A stretch of 64,000 nt of DNA from the human T2T-CHM13v2.0 reference genome, Homo sapiens. Shown in pieces: positions 18,049-31,413 of this stretch. Positions within the stretch are counted from its first letter, which is position 1; the number at the start of each line of letters is the position of its first letter. The DNA lies in assembly GCF_009914755.1 (NCBI RefSeq), contig NC_060930.1; one strand, written 5' to 3'. The notes beneath the pieces are model-generated. The model saw only the letters and a program-made list of their open reading frames with translations. It did not search any database and had not been told where the DNA came from. The translations under genes and the position numbers were made by a program.

Positions 18049-18076
<28 letters not shown>
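18049..18076. repeat. (TA)n microsatellite in the Alu linker
   Basis: About 14 TA units. Confidence 0.95.
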
Positions 18077-18079
<3 letters not shown>

Positions 18080-18204
18080 TAATAGCAATTCCCTAATGTT
18101 ATCTAATACCCAGTCTATATTTAAAATTTCCCCAATTATCTTAAAGATTTTCTGTGCAGTTGGTGTGCCTTGTACAGTTAACCCAAAGAAGTTCTTCATG
18201 ATAT

Positions 18205-18260
18205 ATATAGATATAGATATAGATATAGATATAGATATAGATATAGATATAGATATAGAT
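18205..18260. repeat. (TAGATA)n hexamer microsatellite
   Basis: About 9 ATATAG units. Confidence 0.95.
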
Positions 18261-18684
18261 CTGTAAAAGCTGGGCATAGTGGCACTTACCTGTAATACCA
18301 GCTATTTGGGAGGCTGAGGAGGAGAATCGATTGAACCCAGGAGGCAGAGGTTGCAGTGAGCCTAGATCATGCCACTGGGCAACAGAACAAGACTTCATCT
18401 CAAAAACAAACCAACAAACCAACAAAAAGAATAGGGCATCCTTGAGAAAGAAATTACTAATGAGTTTGGAAATCTAAAATCTGATTGTTGCCCTTTAAAA
18501 ATAGTCAATGCAGAGTTGACCAGCAAAACAACCATAAATGAAAAGCAAATCAGTAAGTTGGCGCATGAATCGGGGTCATTATCCCAGAATAGCATGCAAA
18601 AACAAAGAGAAATTAAAATGGAAGAAAAGAGATACAAAGACAGATCCAGAAGTTCCATTATCTGTAGTTTTTTAATTAAAAATG

Positions 18685-18765
18685 TTTTTCTTCTTTTATT
18701 TTTTGAGACAGGGTCTCCCTCTGTGGTCCATGCTGGAGTGCAGTGATGCGATCGGTTATATGCCG
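18685..18765 (-). mobile_element. Truncated Alu 3' fragment
   Basis: T-rich tail followed by GAGACAGGGTCTCCCTCTGTGGTCCATGCTGGAGTGCAGTG. Confidence 0.8.
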
Positions 18766-18899
18766 CCATTTTTTATGCAATTACAAGGATAGATTAGATG
18801 ATGGTGGTGATAATGAATTTAGATGACTGCTGGATAGATAGAATGATAGATAATAGGGATGGCTTTTCTTGTGTTTTCTTTTGTTTTTTTCTTCTAAAA

Positions 18900-19800
18900 A
18901 GCTTGATCTAGTGCATTTTTAGAAATGCATTATGGAGAAGTTCACCCATTCTCTACTAAAGTAAAGAGAATAATATAAGAAATCTATATACACCTATTAC
19001 CCATTTCCAACAATTATCACCGTTTTGTCACTCTTGCTTTATCTATCCTGCACCAGGAAGCTACTCTCTCAATTATTCTGGAGAATTTTTAAGCAAATCC
19101 TTAACCATTCACCATTTCACTTATACCCACCTCATTTTGCTTTTTCTCTAACTGATATGAACTTCTCTTTATAATACCTATAACCTGTATCATACCTAAC
19201 AAAATTAATAGCAATTCCCTAATGTTATCTAATTCCCAGTCCATATTTAAAATTTCCCCAATTATCTTAAAGATTTTCTGTGTAGTTGGTGTGCCTTTAT
19301 ACAGTTAACCCAAAGACATTCTTCATAATATATTTTGTTGTTTTTCCATATCCTCTGCAACACTGAATATGTATTTAATACTTACCATACAACAGGCAAA
19401 AATTGCATTCTGTTTTTTATTGAAATTTCCACGAGAGGAAACTTCAATTTCTAGTGAGGTTAGACATATTTTAATATACTTATTTGCCTTTTAGTATGTT
19501 TTTGTGCTTGTATGAATTATATGGCCATATTCTTTGTCCATTTTAGTGTTTTTTTCTTATGTATTTGTGGGAACTTATTATTAGGTTGGTGCAAAAGTAA
19601 TTGCAGTTTTTCCATTTATTTTAATAGAAAACTGCAATTACTTTTGCACCAAACTAATAAATTCAGGTAACTTTTCTGTATTTTTGTTGCATTGTAAGTG
19701 TTTTCTTTGAATCTGTTTTGTCGTTTTTAGAAACTTTTTAACTTTCATATGTTTGCCAATCTCTACAATGACCTCTGAAGTTTATATTCAATATTACATT
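18900..19800 (-). mobile_element. Ancient L1MC/L1ME fragments
   Basis: CATACCTAACAAAATTAATAGCAATTCCCTAATGTTATCTAAT resembles the antisense L1MC4/5 3' UTR; ORF2-like antisense sequence follows. Confidence 0.65.
19581..19657. mobile_element. MADE1 (Hsmar1 mariner MITE), palindromic
   Basis: TTAGGTTGGTGCAAAAGTAATTGCAGTTTT...AAAACTGCAATTACTTTTGCACCAAACTAA; TA on both flanks. Confidence 0.95.
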
Positions 19801-20562
19801 CAATAGTTATCTGAAACTTTTTCCTGAGTATTATTTTCTCACCAGTTAGAATTAAAAATATTGATTAATAAACTCTCCCTAGTTTGGCGTTTAGCCTAAT
19901 TTATAGCCTAAGTCTTACAATGACATTTTGCAAATGATCTCAGTTAGGCATACAAAGTTTTACCTTCTACAAAAAACATGAAAAAATCATACAAATGAAA
20001 AAAGTAAAATAGAATTCCTAGCCCAACTTTCTATCTTCAAAATCACTATAAGATTTTCTTTCCCAGAAAACTAGTTCACTTATTATGAGCAGCAAAGGAA
20101 ATGATAAAATTCCAGAACAGCCAAGAACAATTTTAAGCAGGTTATTGAATACTCCCCAAAATGGAACGTTGGTTTTCCAGGAATATTCACAATGACCTCA
20201 TGCTCTTTTATCAGAATAACATTTCGAGGAGATTATTTTAAATGTATCCTTGAAATCTTACCTCATGAAACCTAGAGCTCTAAAACTAAGCTTGAGTAGT
20301 CTCTAGCTATCAGTGTGAGAAGGAGGAAAATAGCATGACAATTTTGATGCATATTTGTAGAATACTCTTTTTATGCATATTATTTCCAGTGTGGGTAGAA
20401 CAGCTGCAGGAGAGAGAGAGAATGCACACTGGGAAATAGAGAGGAGAGGACCTTGTAGACCTTGTTATAAAAAAACAAAACTCATTTCAAAGTAACATAA
20501 AGGAGAATTTATGTATTTTTTTCTCTGGCTTTAAGAAATAACCTATTAGCATTTCTTCTTCT

Positions 20563-20704
20563 GTATTTTTTTTTAAATGTTTTATAGAGAATGGGGGTCT
20601 TAATATGTTGCCCAGGCTGGTCTCGAACTCCTGGCCTCAAGTGATCCTCCTTCCTCAGCCTTCCAAAGCACTGGAATTACAAGCACGAACCACTATTCCT
20701 GGCC
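20563..20704 (-). mobile_element. Alu left monomer (FLAM_C-like)
   Basis: Single left arm; TSD-like TTCTTCTTCTGTATTT / TTCTTCCTCTCTATTT. Confidence 0.85.
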
Positions 20705-23089
20705 TTCTTCCTCTCTATTTATTCAATCATTCCATTGTTTACCAGCCCCAATACATGTAGGTCAAGAGTTATACCCATACAGCATGGGATTTCAAGACAA
20801 AACGTAACACTAATGAAAAGAGCAGTGTCCCCAGATTAGTCAGTGTCTCTCTACTTTTTAGCCAGCTTTGGCTTGTGTAGAAATCTCTCCACCTCTCTTT
20901 TTCTGTACATTCAGTGTCATAAGCCTTGAATCCTTGAAGCTACTCTCTCAATGCATGTCATATATCCTGTGTCCAAGTATGGCCAATATGAGATAGCTGT
21001 CACTGAGAGCCCTTGTGGAAAATTAATGGCTGACTACAGAGGGCAAAATGATAGGACAGATGGCTCTGTCACTACGGCCAGCCTGGAGGCTGAAAGAAAT
21101 TCAGAGTCTGGGCAAATAACGCTGTGTTTCATACACTTGCTCCTTTGTTAATCCCGTCTCCCTGTCAGCAGCTGTCCTTCATTGTTTGGTTGAGTGGAAA
21201 GGTTGTTTCATTTTCTACAGGCGTTTTCTACTTTTTTCCAATTTGTTAATGATTCAAAGGACACATTTCAGAAATTCCTTGAGACCCCCTTCATGCCAGA
21301 AAGGAGTCTTCCCTGTCATTTATTTAAAGAAAAGCAGTGAAATTTGTTTTGTACAATGCCAAGAAAATACTGGTCTGTATCCTGTTATGGATTGCTGAAT
21401 TTAAATGCTTTTAAGAAATTCTGAAAAATAAAAAAAATTCAGCTAAGGATACTTAATATCCTAAGGTTACATCCAGCTAATACCAACACATAATTAGGTT
21501 AATACAGAGAATGGGGGGGAATGGTCAATATTGTAAAAGTTAGTCACATTAGCATGACTGGATGATTCATAAATTTTGCACTTTTCAACAATGTCTCGAA
21601 GTCATTAATTATTCTTGTTTTCCGGCTGAACTTCCAGGCCAGAAAAAGACAACATAACATGAAGTTTTAAGAAGTTCACAAAACCTTTTCCCTTTTCTTC
21701 CACCATCTTGGCCAGTCTTAAATCTCATTTTCCCTTTGTCAGGACACCTCTGGTGCTAACAGCTAGCTTCAAAGGAAGCAGAGTGGTTTAGCTTCTCCAT
21801 GTCAAGGTCATTCCCAAATTGAGCAACTCAAGGCGATGACTCAGAAGCTCACCTGCTTTCTAGTTCCTTTAAAAAGGCCAAATATGCATTCTGACCAAGG
21901 AAATTCTTTGACACGTAAATCCTTAAAAGTTCTTATCAGTGTGTAGCACTCCTCCCCTTCTTCTCCTTCCTATTACTGATGTCTGATTTTTAACCAAAGA
22001 ATTACAGTCACTTCAGTGACCCTGCACAAAAGCTGACCATCAATTCACTGCAAACGTTATTGATGCCTTGGTTTTTCTCTTTAGTCTGTTCTGATGTTTT
22101 TCTAAAGAAACAGTCCTGAAGCTCTGAAAAGTCAATTAGTACTTTTACAGACTTTTTGAAGGTCTTCTTAAGGAACATCTTTTCATTCACATGCCCTTCC
22201 TACAGACCAATCCATGACTTAAAGTTGTCACATACTCCATAAAATACTAAGGAACTTTTCATTCCTATTTATAGGAATTTAGGAAAAGTGCCCTCAAAGC
22301 AACACATCCCGTTAGCAAGTCTTTCATCTGGCTTGTTAGAAGTTCGTGCTGGGAAGTTTCTGGGCACAGCTCCTACAGTCAAATCTGTCATGTCCCTCTG
22401 ATTACATGATTCTGTTTTATTACCAAATCTGATTCGTAAGCTCTTCTGCAAAGGCCATTTCTAAGAGGATTCAGGAGTACCCAATTACACGGCATCTCTA
22501 TATCTTTTACTAAACTTTATTAGATATTATATCCATGCCATAAAAAGTCTGGAAATACTTTAATAGCAAGCCAAGTCATTTGAGATTTATACATGATTAG
22601 AAAGAAAATTACTCTCTACAAGTTTCCATTCCAGCCTTGCAAGTGGGTCTTCCACAACCGATTAGATCGCGCCAACTCCCACTCCACACTCTTGAGCATT
22701 ACTATCACATTGACTGAGCACTTCTTGTACTAATAGACCAAGCCTTGGCCCCAAATCCACTCCTCTCTACACCCTCTCAGGTTCCTGAAATTCCTGCAAT
22801 CCCAGCTTTCTCCCTCTCAAGTATGCACGGCCATCCTCACATGACAATGCAATGTATATGTTCCATATTTTCTGCATCCCTCCACAAACATTGATTGTTT
22901 CACAAAGTAAACCATTATAATTCTAAATTGGCTGGAAGCTGATGGGTTTCTGCATCTTCTTATGCACAGGAATAACTAAATCACAAGCAAAAAAAATTAA
23001 ACCACATTTCAATTTCTATAGGTAGCTAAGTACACATTAAGCATCTACTTTGGGCCCAACACTATGAGAGAAATCAGAAAAGTATGAGG

Positions 23090-23600
23090 AAATGGTTCTC
23101 AAAATGTGCTTCCGGTGACGCTAAGGCTCTCTGTAACATTTTAGGGGACTCCATGAAGCCAAAACTCTATTTTCATACTGTAACTAACATGCTATTTGTC
23201 TTTTTCACTCTTACTCTTGTATGAATAAACAGCGGGGTTTTCTAGAGAGTGTACAACATGTGATATTAGAACAGACTGAATGCAGAAGCAGGCATGAGAA
23301 TCCAGCTGTCCTTTGTTAAGTCAGGTACTAAAGAGACTTGGAAAAATGAAGAACAATCCCACTCTGTTTTCTAAAATAACATTGTCTTGGAAAATCTAGT
23401 TATATTTTATAAAATATGTGACTTATATTAGTGTATAATGGATGAGTTACTTTAAATAAATTAATAAATGAATATTTTATTTTTGTCAATATTAATATCT
23501 AAAATGATAAATATCAGTAGATATAACTACATAAACAAAAACTCTTTGGGGTTCTCAATAGCAATTAAGAATGTAAAGGCATCCTGATTCCAACACTTTT
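23090..23600 (+). mobile_element. hAT-Charlie element (Charlie1b-like)
   Basis: TGGTTCTCAAAATGTG TIR-like start; GAATGCAGAAGCAGGCATGAGAATCCAGCTGTC internal match. Confidence 0.75.
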
Positions 23601-23969
23601 TGCTAGAGGTTGGCAAAACCAAGTTCTGCCTCCATGCTGGGATGGCAATATTGGATCCTGGTATTTCTCAGAGCACAGAATCTACAGTATAAACACATCT
23701 TTCTCTTCCTAACATTGCTTCCTCCCAGAGTATAACTTTGGGATAATTATGCTAGCTCTCTTCCTCTCACCAGCTATGAGGATTAGAAGTGACAAGGAGT
23801 CAACAGGACAAAAGCTCCGTCCTGACACAGGGGTGTAGGTGGCTGGTGGGTTGGTGGTGCAATGTGCAGATTGAAGGTGCCCTGGAAGAAGGGCAGAGAT
23901 GGTAGGGGGCTATAGTTAGGTGCTCATGAAAATTCCAAACAGAATTTTGGATGTAGAGAGTAGACTTTT

Positions 23970-24360
23970 CGATGTAGAAGTAGAAAGTTGAACACATGAG
24001 TGAATTATGTAAGGAAGTCATGGGCATAGAAAAGTTAATTTAAACAATGGAAACAGATGGATTTTTTCAAGGAGAGTATACAGAATTATAAGACAAAATG
24101 CCCAGGTCACAACTCCAAATGATCCTAATATTTAAGGCACAGGTAATAGAAGAGAACCCTGCAAAGGACACTGAAAGAAAGGGGTCAAAGTGGAAGGAAA
24201 ACTGAGTGTGGTGTTACAGCAGCCAATGAAAAAGAACATTTCAGAAAGAAGGGAGTGTCATCACTTGAATGCTGCTGAGAGATCACATGAAATCAGCATT
24301 GAAGTGTGCCTGTTAGTTTTAACAACAAGGTCACTGCAATCTTGGCAAAAGCCATTTCAT
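23970..24360 (-). mobile_element. L2 fragment
   Basis: CCTGCAAAGGACACTGA...GAATGCTGCTGAGAGATCA typical of antisense L2. Confidence 0.7.
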
Positions 24361-27300
24361 AGAATAAACATCTTTTGTTTCAGTCTGGTTATAAAATCAA
24401 ACCATGAAATTTTGATTATGAAAGATGCTTAGCAAAACCTTTTTCAATTTCCTATTTTCTTACTCATACAAAAACATAGTAATTTTTAAAACATGATGTC
24501 TTTTGAGCCCAACATATTTAAATGTCTTTTGTCCTTGTTGGTCACTACTGAGAATGAATTAAATCTTCTCAATAGTGAAGTGTTGAAATAATTTATTACA
24601 GGTAGGAAGTATCTCCAGCCTGAAAGTTCCTGTGTAACGGAGGTGTTGGGCATCTACAGGAAGGTGCCCATTCTAGAAACCTCGTCATAAACTGTATTTG
24701 AGTTCTGAAGGCATCAAGAGAGATGGGATGGGTCGTGGCTATAACTGAAAGGGAAGAATAAACCTACCATAACCAGGAAGAATGGATCCTTTAATTCTGA
24801 AGTGATTACATTTGGAGGGGAGGGGTTATTTAGTTGATTCTATTTAGTTTTTTGCTTATTTATGTTTTGGCTGTGATTTTAAGTATTGTGTGATAGAAAG
24901 AGTAGCAGCCTGAGTCTGGTTGCCCAGGCTCGAGTTCCTTCCAGAGGTACAGCAGGCTCTGTGTCTTCAGGCTTCCTCTGGACTTAGCAAGGCTTAATCT
25001 CTCAAGTAAATATAAAGGTGCACACCTGCTATAGACACATCCAGTGTGAAGACAGCTAATTCCCTACATAAGCTTCCATCAAAAGAATGTACCCACCATT
25101 ATCTGAAACCTTTCTTCTAGTCTCCCTGTTTTCTTTGCATCATTATCTCCATGGACCTCTACATATTCTTGGAACTCCTTCCTCCATAATCAATGAAAAC
25201 AGAAGTGATTATTTTCCTCTAAATTCCTCTATGGAAGACATGTGGCAGTTAAACAGTTAATCATTACTACTTTTTAAGTAGCTCTTCTACTATGAGCTCA
25301 AATTGCCATTGAATTCTTTTGTTGTGGTTGTTTAATTTTTCCTGCATTTATTTTTTGCCTCTAAAAACAGATCCTATGCTCCTTGATGGGAGAAAAAATT
25401 TCTGATTCATCACTGATTTCTCCCACGATACCATTTATGGACCATAAAGTGGGCAGTCAAAAGATATTTAGTGAGAAGTTTGAGAAATAAGTGTAAAAAT
25501 ATTTTAAAAGGTAAAAATGTTACACAAATATAAAGAATTGTTGTTACTGTCCTTTGCTATAATTTCAATGATAATTCCGCTTCTATAAGATACCAAATGA
25601 AAGAGAATGCCTTGATTCTCAAACCCCAACACATTCCTCCTGTGATATAAAAGGCCTCCAAACTTTGAAATCATAAAATTACATTCATCTAAAATATATG
25701 GTTATATATGTTTGCTCTGCTTTTCATCATTCATGTCAATAGTTCATTATTTTGCTTTTACTCCTTAAACTCTCCTACAGCTAGACAGGACCATTAGCAA
25801 CAGAATTGGGCTACTCTGGCAATATTAAATGGCTAAAGGCCAGAATGCAGTCAGTCTAGTTAGCTGGTCTATTTTAATTTTGTTTCTGCATAATGAAAAC
25901 AGTCTGCTAAGATGCGTGTGACTTACGTTGACCCACGGATACATCCATTTTTTTTAAATAGATGTCTCTTCTTTATTGAAGACAAGTATGTCTTGTCACA
26001 ATTTGGCTGCCTAATTTTAGCTCCAGTGGGGTTTGCTTAGACACCAAGCTCCAAATCCAGGCCAGAAATAGGCAGAAGAGTGATGGTCATGTGTTTAACA
26101 AGATCCCAGGCAACGGGCCAACACACATTGGAGCTAGGTTGGAATTTCTTGCCCTGTGAAAATGCAGTGCTAAATCTTCCTATCCCTCTTCTCTCTTTCT
26201 CTACAAGTGGATCTCCCCTGTACAGTGAGCTGTCACCTGAAACTAACAAGGAGGATGTGACTCCCAGCAATCTGAGCTACAGTGAATAGTGCGTGACCTA
26301 CCAGTCTTGACATGCCAACTTGGACTATCATTTCTAGAATGGTTGAAAAATAAATTTTAATGTAGTTCACCTCGATATATGATTTCATTAAAAACTTTTA
26401 AAATGGGTACATCTTTACAGTCCTTTGACACTCTCAGCATGTAACACATAGTATTTCTCTCTCTCTCTCTCTCTCTGTCTCTCTGTAGAAAATTGCTCCT
26501 TGTTCTTGTTTCACACTTTCTCATTAGGGCTTTTTAAATAAATATCTATAAAGAGTGAACTCCTACACTCCCCACTCTCATCCTTTTGATTATTATTTGT
26601 AGATTTACTGAGAAAATTATTTTTAAGCTTGTAAGTACACCTTGTTGTTTTTAAGATATCTAAATTTGGCTATATGTTCATGTTTCCCCAACTTTCTAGG
26701 GCCTTCATATCCTCTTTCATAGAAACTTTGCCATATGTTAAGGTAGTCTATAGAGCCAAAAATAAAAATAGCACATTTATAAATGTGTTTGTCTTTTCTA
26801 TGACTGACTCTCTAGGATACCTAAAAAGGAACATATAAGAATGAAACAGTCTCTATCAGAAAAGACAGAGAAGGCTGCGACCTCATACAGCATAAAATCT
26901 TTGAGTTATTTTCTGAAGATTTTTTGAACAGTTATTAGCTACCTACAGTTCCCAAAATCAAAGAATCAATATATATTACAACCAACCACCATATTTAAAG
27001 ATTTAATTAAAGTTCTGAACTCTAATAAAAAAAATTTACCCCGGGGAAACTCTTAAGGTGTATTAACTGTGTCCCACTCAAGGGGAAATATGAGTTTCAC
27101 ATTGGATCTAGAAAACCAGACTTGGGTTCCTCTTGGTATAAAGGGGGCATTGGCTATAAGAAGTTTTTTCCAGCAGTGGTAGAAATGGATATGCTATGAT
27201 CTTTCCTTCTTACCTGTACCTTATTGTGACTTAAACATGGAAGGTAGGGAAACCATCTCTGATTACAGACCTAAGTCACACCCCTCTACCACATACCCAG

Positions 27301-28104
27301 AAAAGAACATCTGTTACACAGACTGATTAATTCAGTGAACCACCCAATAGGACCAACAGCATCACCACTTAGCTAATGGGCTAATAGATGGAGATGAGCC
27401 AGTGGCTTATGTAATGATCCAAACTTTAATGATAAAGGAAAGTCCTAAGCATGATATTAAATATTTTGACTGTGAAATATCTCACTGTCATTATTATTGA
27501 TCTAGAGATGGATCTTAAAAAGCTTATTGGGAGGTCCTGGGAAGGAAGCTAAAAATGGTTTTAGACATAAAACCATTCCTTCTCTCTCTGCGAAGGCCTT
27601 CCTCAGGGAACAAGGATGCCCCTTGAGGAGGAAAACCCCTTCAGCTCCTGGGACTCACTGTGCTCTCTCCTGCTTCTGGGCCATTGCACCTGGCATCCCT
27701 TTTGATGCTGCGCTCTTCTCCTCAGTCCCCCTTTGCTGACTAACAGGTCTTGGGTTCTTCTGTCACTTCTTCAGGAGTAAGGCAATAAGAGGACAGGGAC
27801 ACTTGCTAAGTCAACCAGACACACTGGAGAAACCCTGGTCAATGCCTTCGCCAACTTATCTGCATCTCCTCATTAACAGTTTTGCTGACTGTTGTTCTCC
27901 TCAATACTCTATACTTAATCATATTCATTAAACTCCTAAAATAAGAAAAGCACAGTACAAAGTACTAAGAAATAGTAACTATTAAAGAGGGAGAGTGGTT
28001 GCCCTCAAAGAGATCGGAGTCTAGCAAAAGGGAGAAACATACAAACAGGTCATAATAGCACAAAACAGTAAGGCTATACAGAATGTGTGGTCAAAGTGCT
28101 ATAG

Positions 28105-28408
<304 letters not shown>

Positions 28409-28594
28409 ATGCTATAGCATTTTCATAGGTGGAGCTGAGTATGTAAGGTTGAGTAGGATTCTTACAGGTGAGGAGGCAGGAAGAACATAGTAAGCAGGAG
28501 ACAAAACATAACCAAAGGAAAGACATCACTGGCGGTAGAAAGAAGTGTGTGTGAGTGCTACTTATGGGAGATGAGCTATGCTAGAGAGACTGGG

Positions 28595-30193
28595 CAGGAT
28601 CAGTTATGTAATTTGTAGGACCTGGTACAAACTGAAAATGTCAAGCCTGTGGTTCAAAAAGCAGGGGGAGAAGTTCAGTTAAAGATATACCGACATATAA
28701 AACTTTTTCCTTTTTTAACAAAAAGGAATGGAGTGATTGTGATACAGGACTACAACGTAAACTTGTAAATTGCAATATATATATATATATAGGGATCATC
28801 GTTTTATGTAACATAGTGAATAATATCTTATTAACATGCTATCTTGGTTGATCATATGATTTTCTGGTCATTTTTCTACAAATCTGTAAGTTCAAAATAT
28901 TGACACATTTAGCAACTTCATTTTCAAACAATATAATTAAAAGCAAGTCACTATTGGCAAATGCAAAATTGCAAACAAATTTTGATCTGTTTTAAACTTA
29001 ATTTTAAACTTCAGAATGATCTTTCCACTGTTTCAAACTTAATAGAATTGTTAAGGTTATTTTGCAGGCTATGGCAACATTGGGATACATTTCTGATAAA
29101 TTATTTCATAATATAAACGTTGGTATATCTAGAGCTGATGATCCTTGCAGAACCATATTTTAAAGATTTGACTCTTCAAGCAAATCAATTTCATGTATGT
29201 CTTAATTTAACTTTTTAAATGTAATTTCAAATGTAAATGTATGCAATGACATTTTTGTTTTCTCTATCATTTCTTGAAACTTGTGGCAATTATACAAGAA
29301 ACTTAAAGCAATTTCACAATTTACATATAATTCAAAATACCTGTTTATGCATTTCACCTCTGTGGCTTCCATTATAAGGAAAAATTAATTTTAAAATTTT
29401 CTTTCCTATTAATGGTTCACCTGCAGTTTCATATGAAAATAGCATTAGTTTCTGTCAAATGTGATAATCATTTCATTTTTATTTATAAGCCTGTGGATAT
29501 TTGCTTTGCAATGTTGCAGCAGTTTTCAAAACCAGAAATTCAAAATTCTTTGGAGAATTCTAATAATTCCCTGAGACATTTTTATCCTATGTCTTATGTA
29601 TGCTTCCACTTTGTAATGATTTACTGACAATGTTCCTAATCATTGATCTCCAGAGTTCCTGACCTTTCACTCAAGCCAGAGAATTCCTATTTGCACAGAT
29701 GCACAGGGATGGACTCCGGGGATCAGCAGGCAAGCCTGCTTACCAGCATAGTCCTGGCATTGGCCTCATGCAAAACCCTTCTCTCCCAGAGCCATAGCCC
29801 CTGCTGCCACTGCAGCCACTGCTATTGCTTCTGCTTCTACTCTGACATTGCCACTGCTAATCTGGGCCCAGGTTCTAGCCTTGGTCACCCCTTGGGGCCA
29901 ATGACTCCCAGGGTACCCCAGGCACATGCATGCCAGTAGGCCAGACCAACTGCCCAACTGTTGCTGCCACAGACCTGAGCCCACACATGTACAATCTGCT
30001 ACCTGGCATGCCTCTGCTGCTCCTGGCTACACTCTGTTGTTTTGTGTGACATCACTTACAAAACACAGGATCAAAGATAAAATCATTAAGAATTTCAAGA
30101 AGTCCATAGCAGAGGATTAAGTTGAGCATGGGGCCTCATTACAGGGCAGGGACTCTGTGACTGCACTGCCACTTTCCCATAAAGCCTGCCTTG
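28595..30193. mobile_element. MER45R-like hAT-Tip100 DNA transposon with transposase remnant
   Basis: MER45-type ends; minus strand ~29000-29100 reads LSEMYPNVAIACKITLTI / TVERSF*SLKL (hAT C-terminal dimerisation motif); degenerate 8-bp flanks AGACTGGG/GGGATGGG. Confidence 0.75.
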
Positions 30194-30516
30194 GGGATGG
30201 GGAATACCACGTAGGAAAGAGAGTCTTTAAAGTGTTCTGGGGACAGGTTTTAAAGTTATTTGAATGACTTAAGAGCTCGTGATGTCCTTTAGATACAAAA
30301 GATTTTCACGTGGGGAAGGACATTAAATTTGTTTTTTATAAAGTTCACTCTGGCGTCTAATCATGTAGAAAGACTAGTAGGTAAGTCAACTAAAAAACTG
30401 TTGGATAGTCTAGGAAAGTGGTTTTGAAAGACTGAATTTAGGGACAGTAACAGATTCAAGAAATAACCATAGTATTTTGAGTAACAAATGTGTAGCAGAC
30501 ACTTTAAAAACATTTT

Positions 30517-30806
30517 GGCCAGGCACGGTGGCTCACGCCTGTAATCCCAGCACTTTGGGAAGCCGAGGTGGGCGGATCATGAGGTCAGGAGATCAAGACC
30601 AGCCTGGCCAACATGGTGAAACCCCGCCTCTACTAAAATTACAAAAATTAGCCAGGCGTGTGGCGCTTGCCTGTAATCCCAGCTACTCAGGAGGCTGAGG
30701 GGGGAGAATCGCTTGAATCCAGGGGGCGGAGGTTGCAGTGAGCCGAGATCGAGCCACTAGACTCCAGCCTGGGCGACAGAGCGAGACTCTGTCTCAAAAA
30801 AAAAAA
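30517..30806 (+). mobile_element. AluS (Sc/Sg-like)
   Basis: Full dimer with A-tail; AAAACATT on both flanks. Confidence 0.93.
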
Positions 30807-31147
30807 CCAAAACATTATTTCTAATCTTCAAACAATCCTCTAAGGGACTTATTATCCCTGATAATATCCCAGATGGTCAACTGAGGCAGCTGACAGCCTC
30901 AGGGTCTAGTTTCTCAAGGTTACAAAGTAGGTAGAGCAGAGCCACCTTTAAGCCCTGGGCTTCCCCACCTCCCCCACTGCATACCAGTTCTTTTCAGCTC
31001 AAGGAAGACACCCCACAATGTGGTGACTGATCTATGCAAAGTGTCAGGGAGAAGAAAGAGTCTAAGATTTATTTAACATTTTCCCTCCCTGTCCTACACC
31101 CTCCAAAGTCCTCCAGCTTGTCCATATTTATTTCACTTGTATTTGTA

Positions 31148-31413
31148 AAATGAGGAAGTTCTGGAAATATAATGTACAGCACAGTGACTACAGTTAATAA
31201 TACATTGTACATATATTTAAAATTGGAGAAGAGGGTGAATTGTAAGTGTTCTCTCTACGTCAATAAAAGAAAATGGTAATTATGTGAGGTGATGAATATG
31301 TTAATTAGCTTGATTGTGTTCATCACCAATGTATACAAATATCAAAACACCAAGTTGTATACTTTAAATATATATAATTTTTGCCAATTATCCCTCAATA
31401 AGGCTGGAAAAAA
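31148..31413 (+). mobile_element. L1MA9/10-like 3' end
   Basis: AATGTACAGCACAGTGACTACAGTTAATAA...TATGTGAGGTGATGAATATGTTAATTAGCTTGATTGT...CCTCAATAAGGCTGGAAAA. Confidence 0.8.

Larger units (their letters stand above)
17930..18429 (+). mobile_element. Alu (AluS/J) with ~210 bp of extra sequence in the A-rich linker
   Basis: Left arm 17930-18050, right arm ~18268-18429; perfect 15-bp TSD AATAGGGCATCCTTG 17915-17929 / 18430-18444. Confidence 0.93.

Noticed and set aside
18023-18425. Low-complexity ORFs (ISIS.., IYIY..)
   Set aside because: Translations of (TAGATA)n and (TA)n microsatellites.
26037-26289. Overlapping short ORFs after a pyrimidine tract
   Set aside because: No homology recognised and the length is expected by chance; a non-coding exon cannot be excluded without RNA data.
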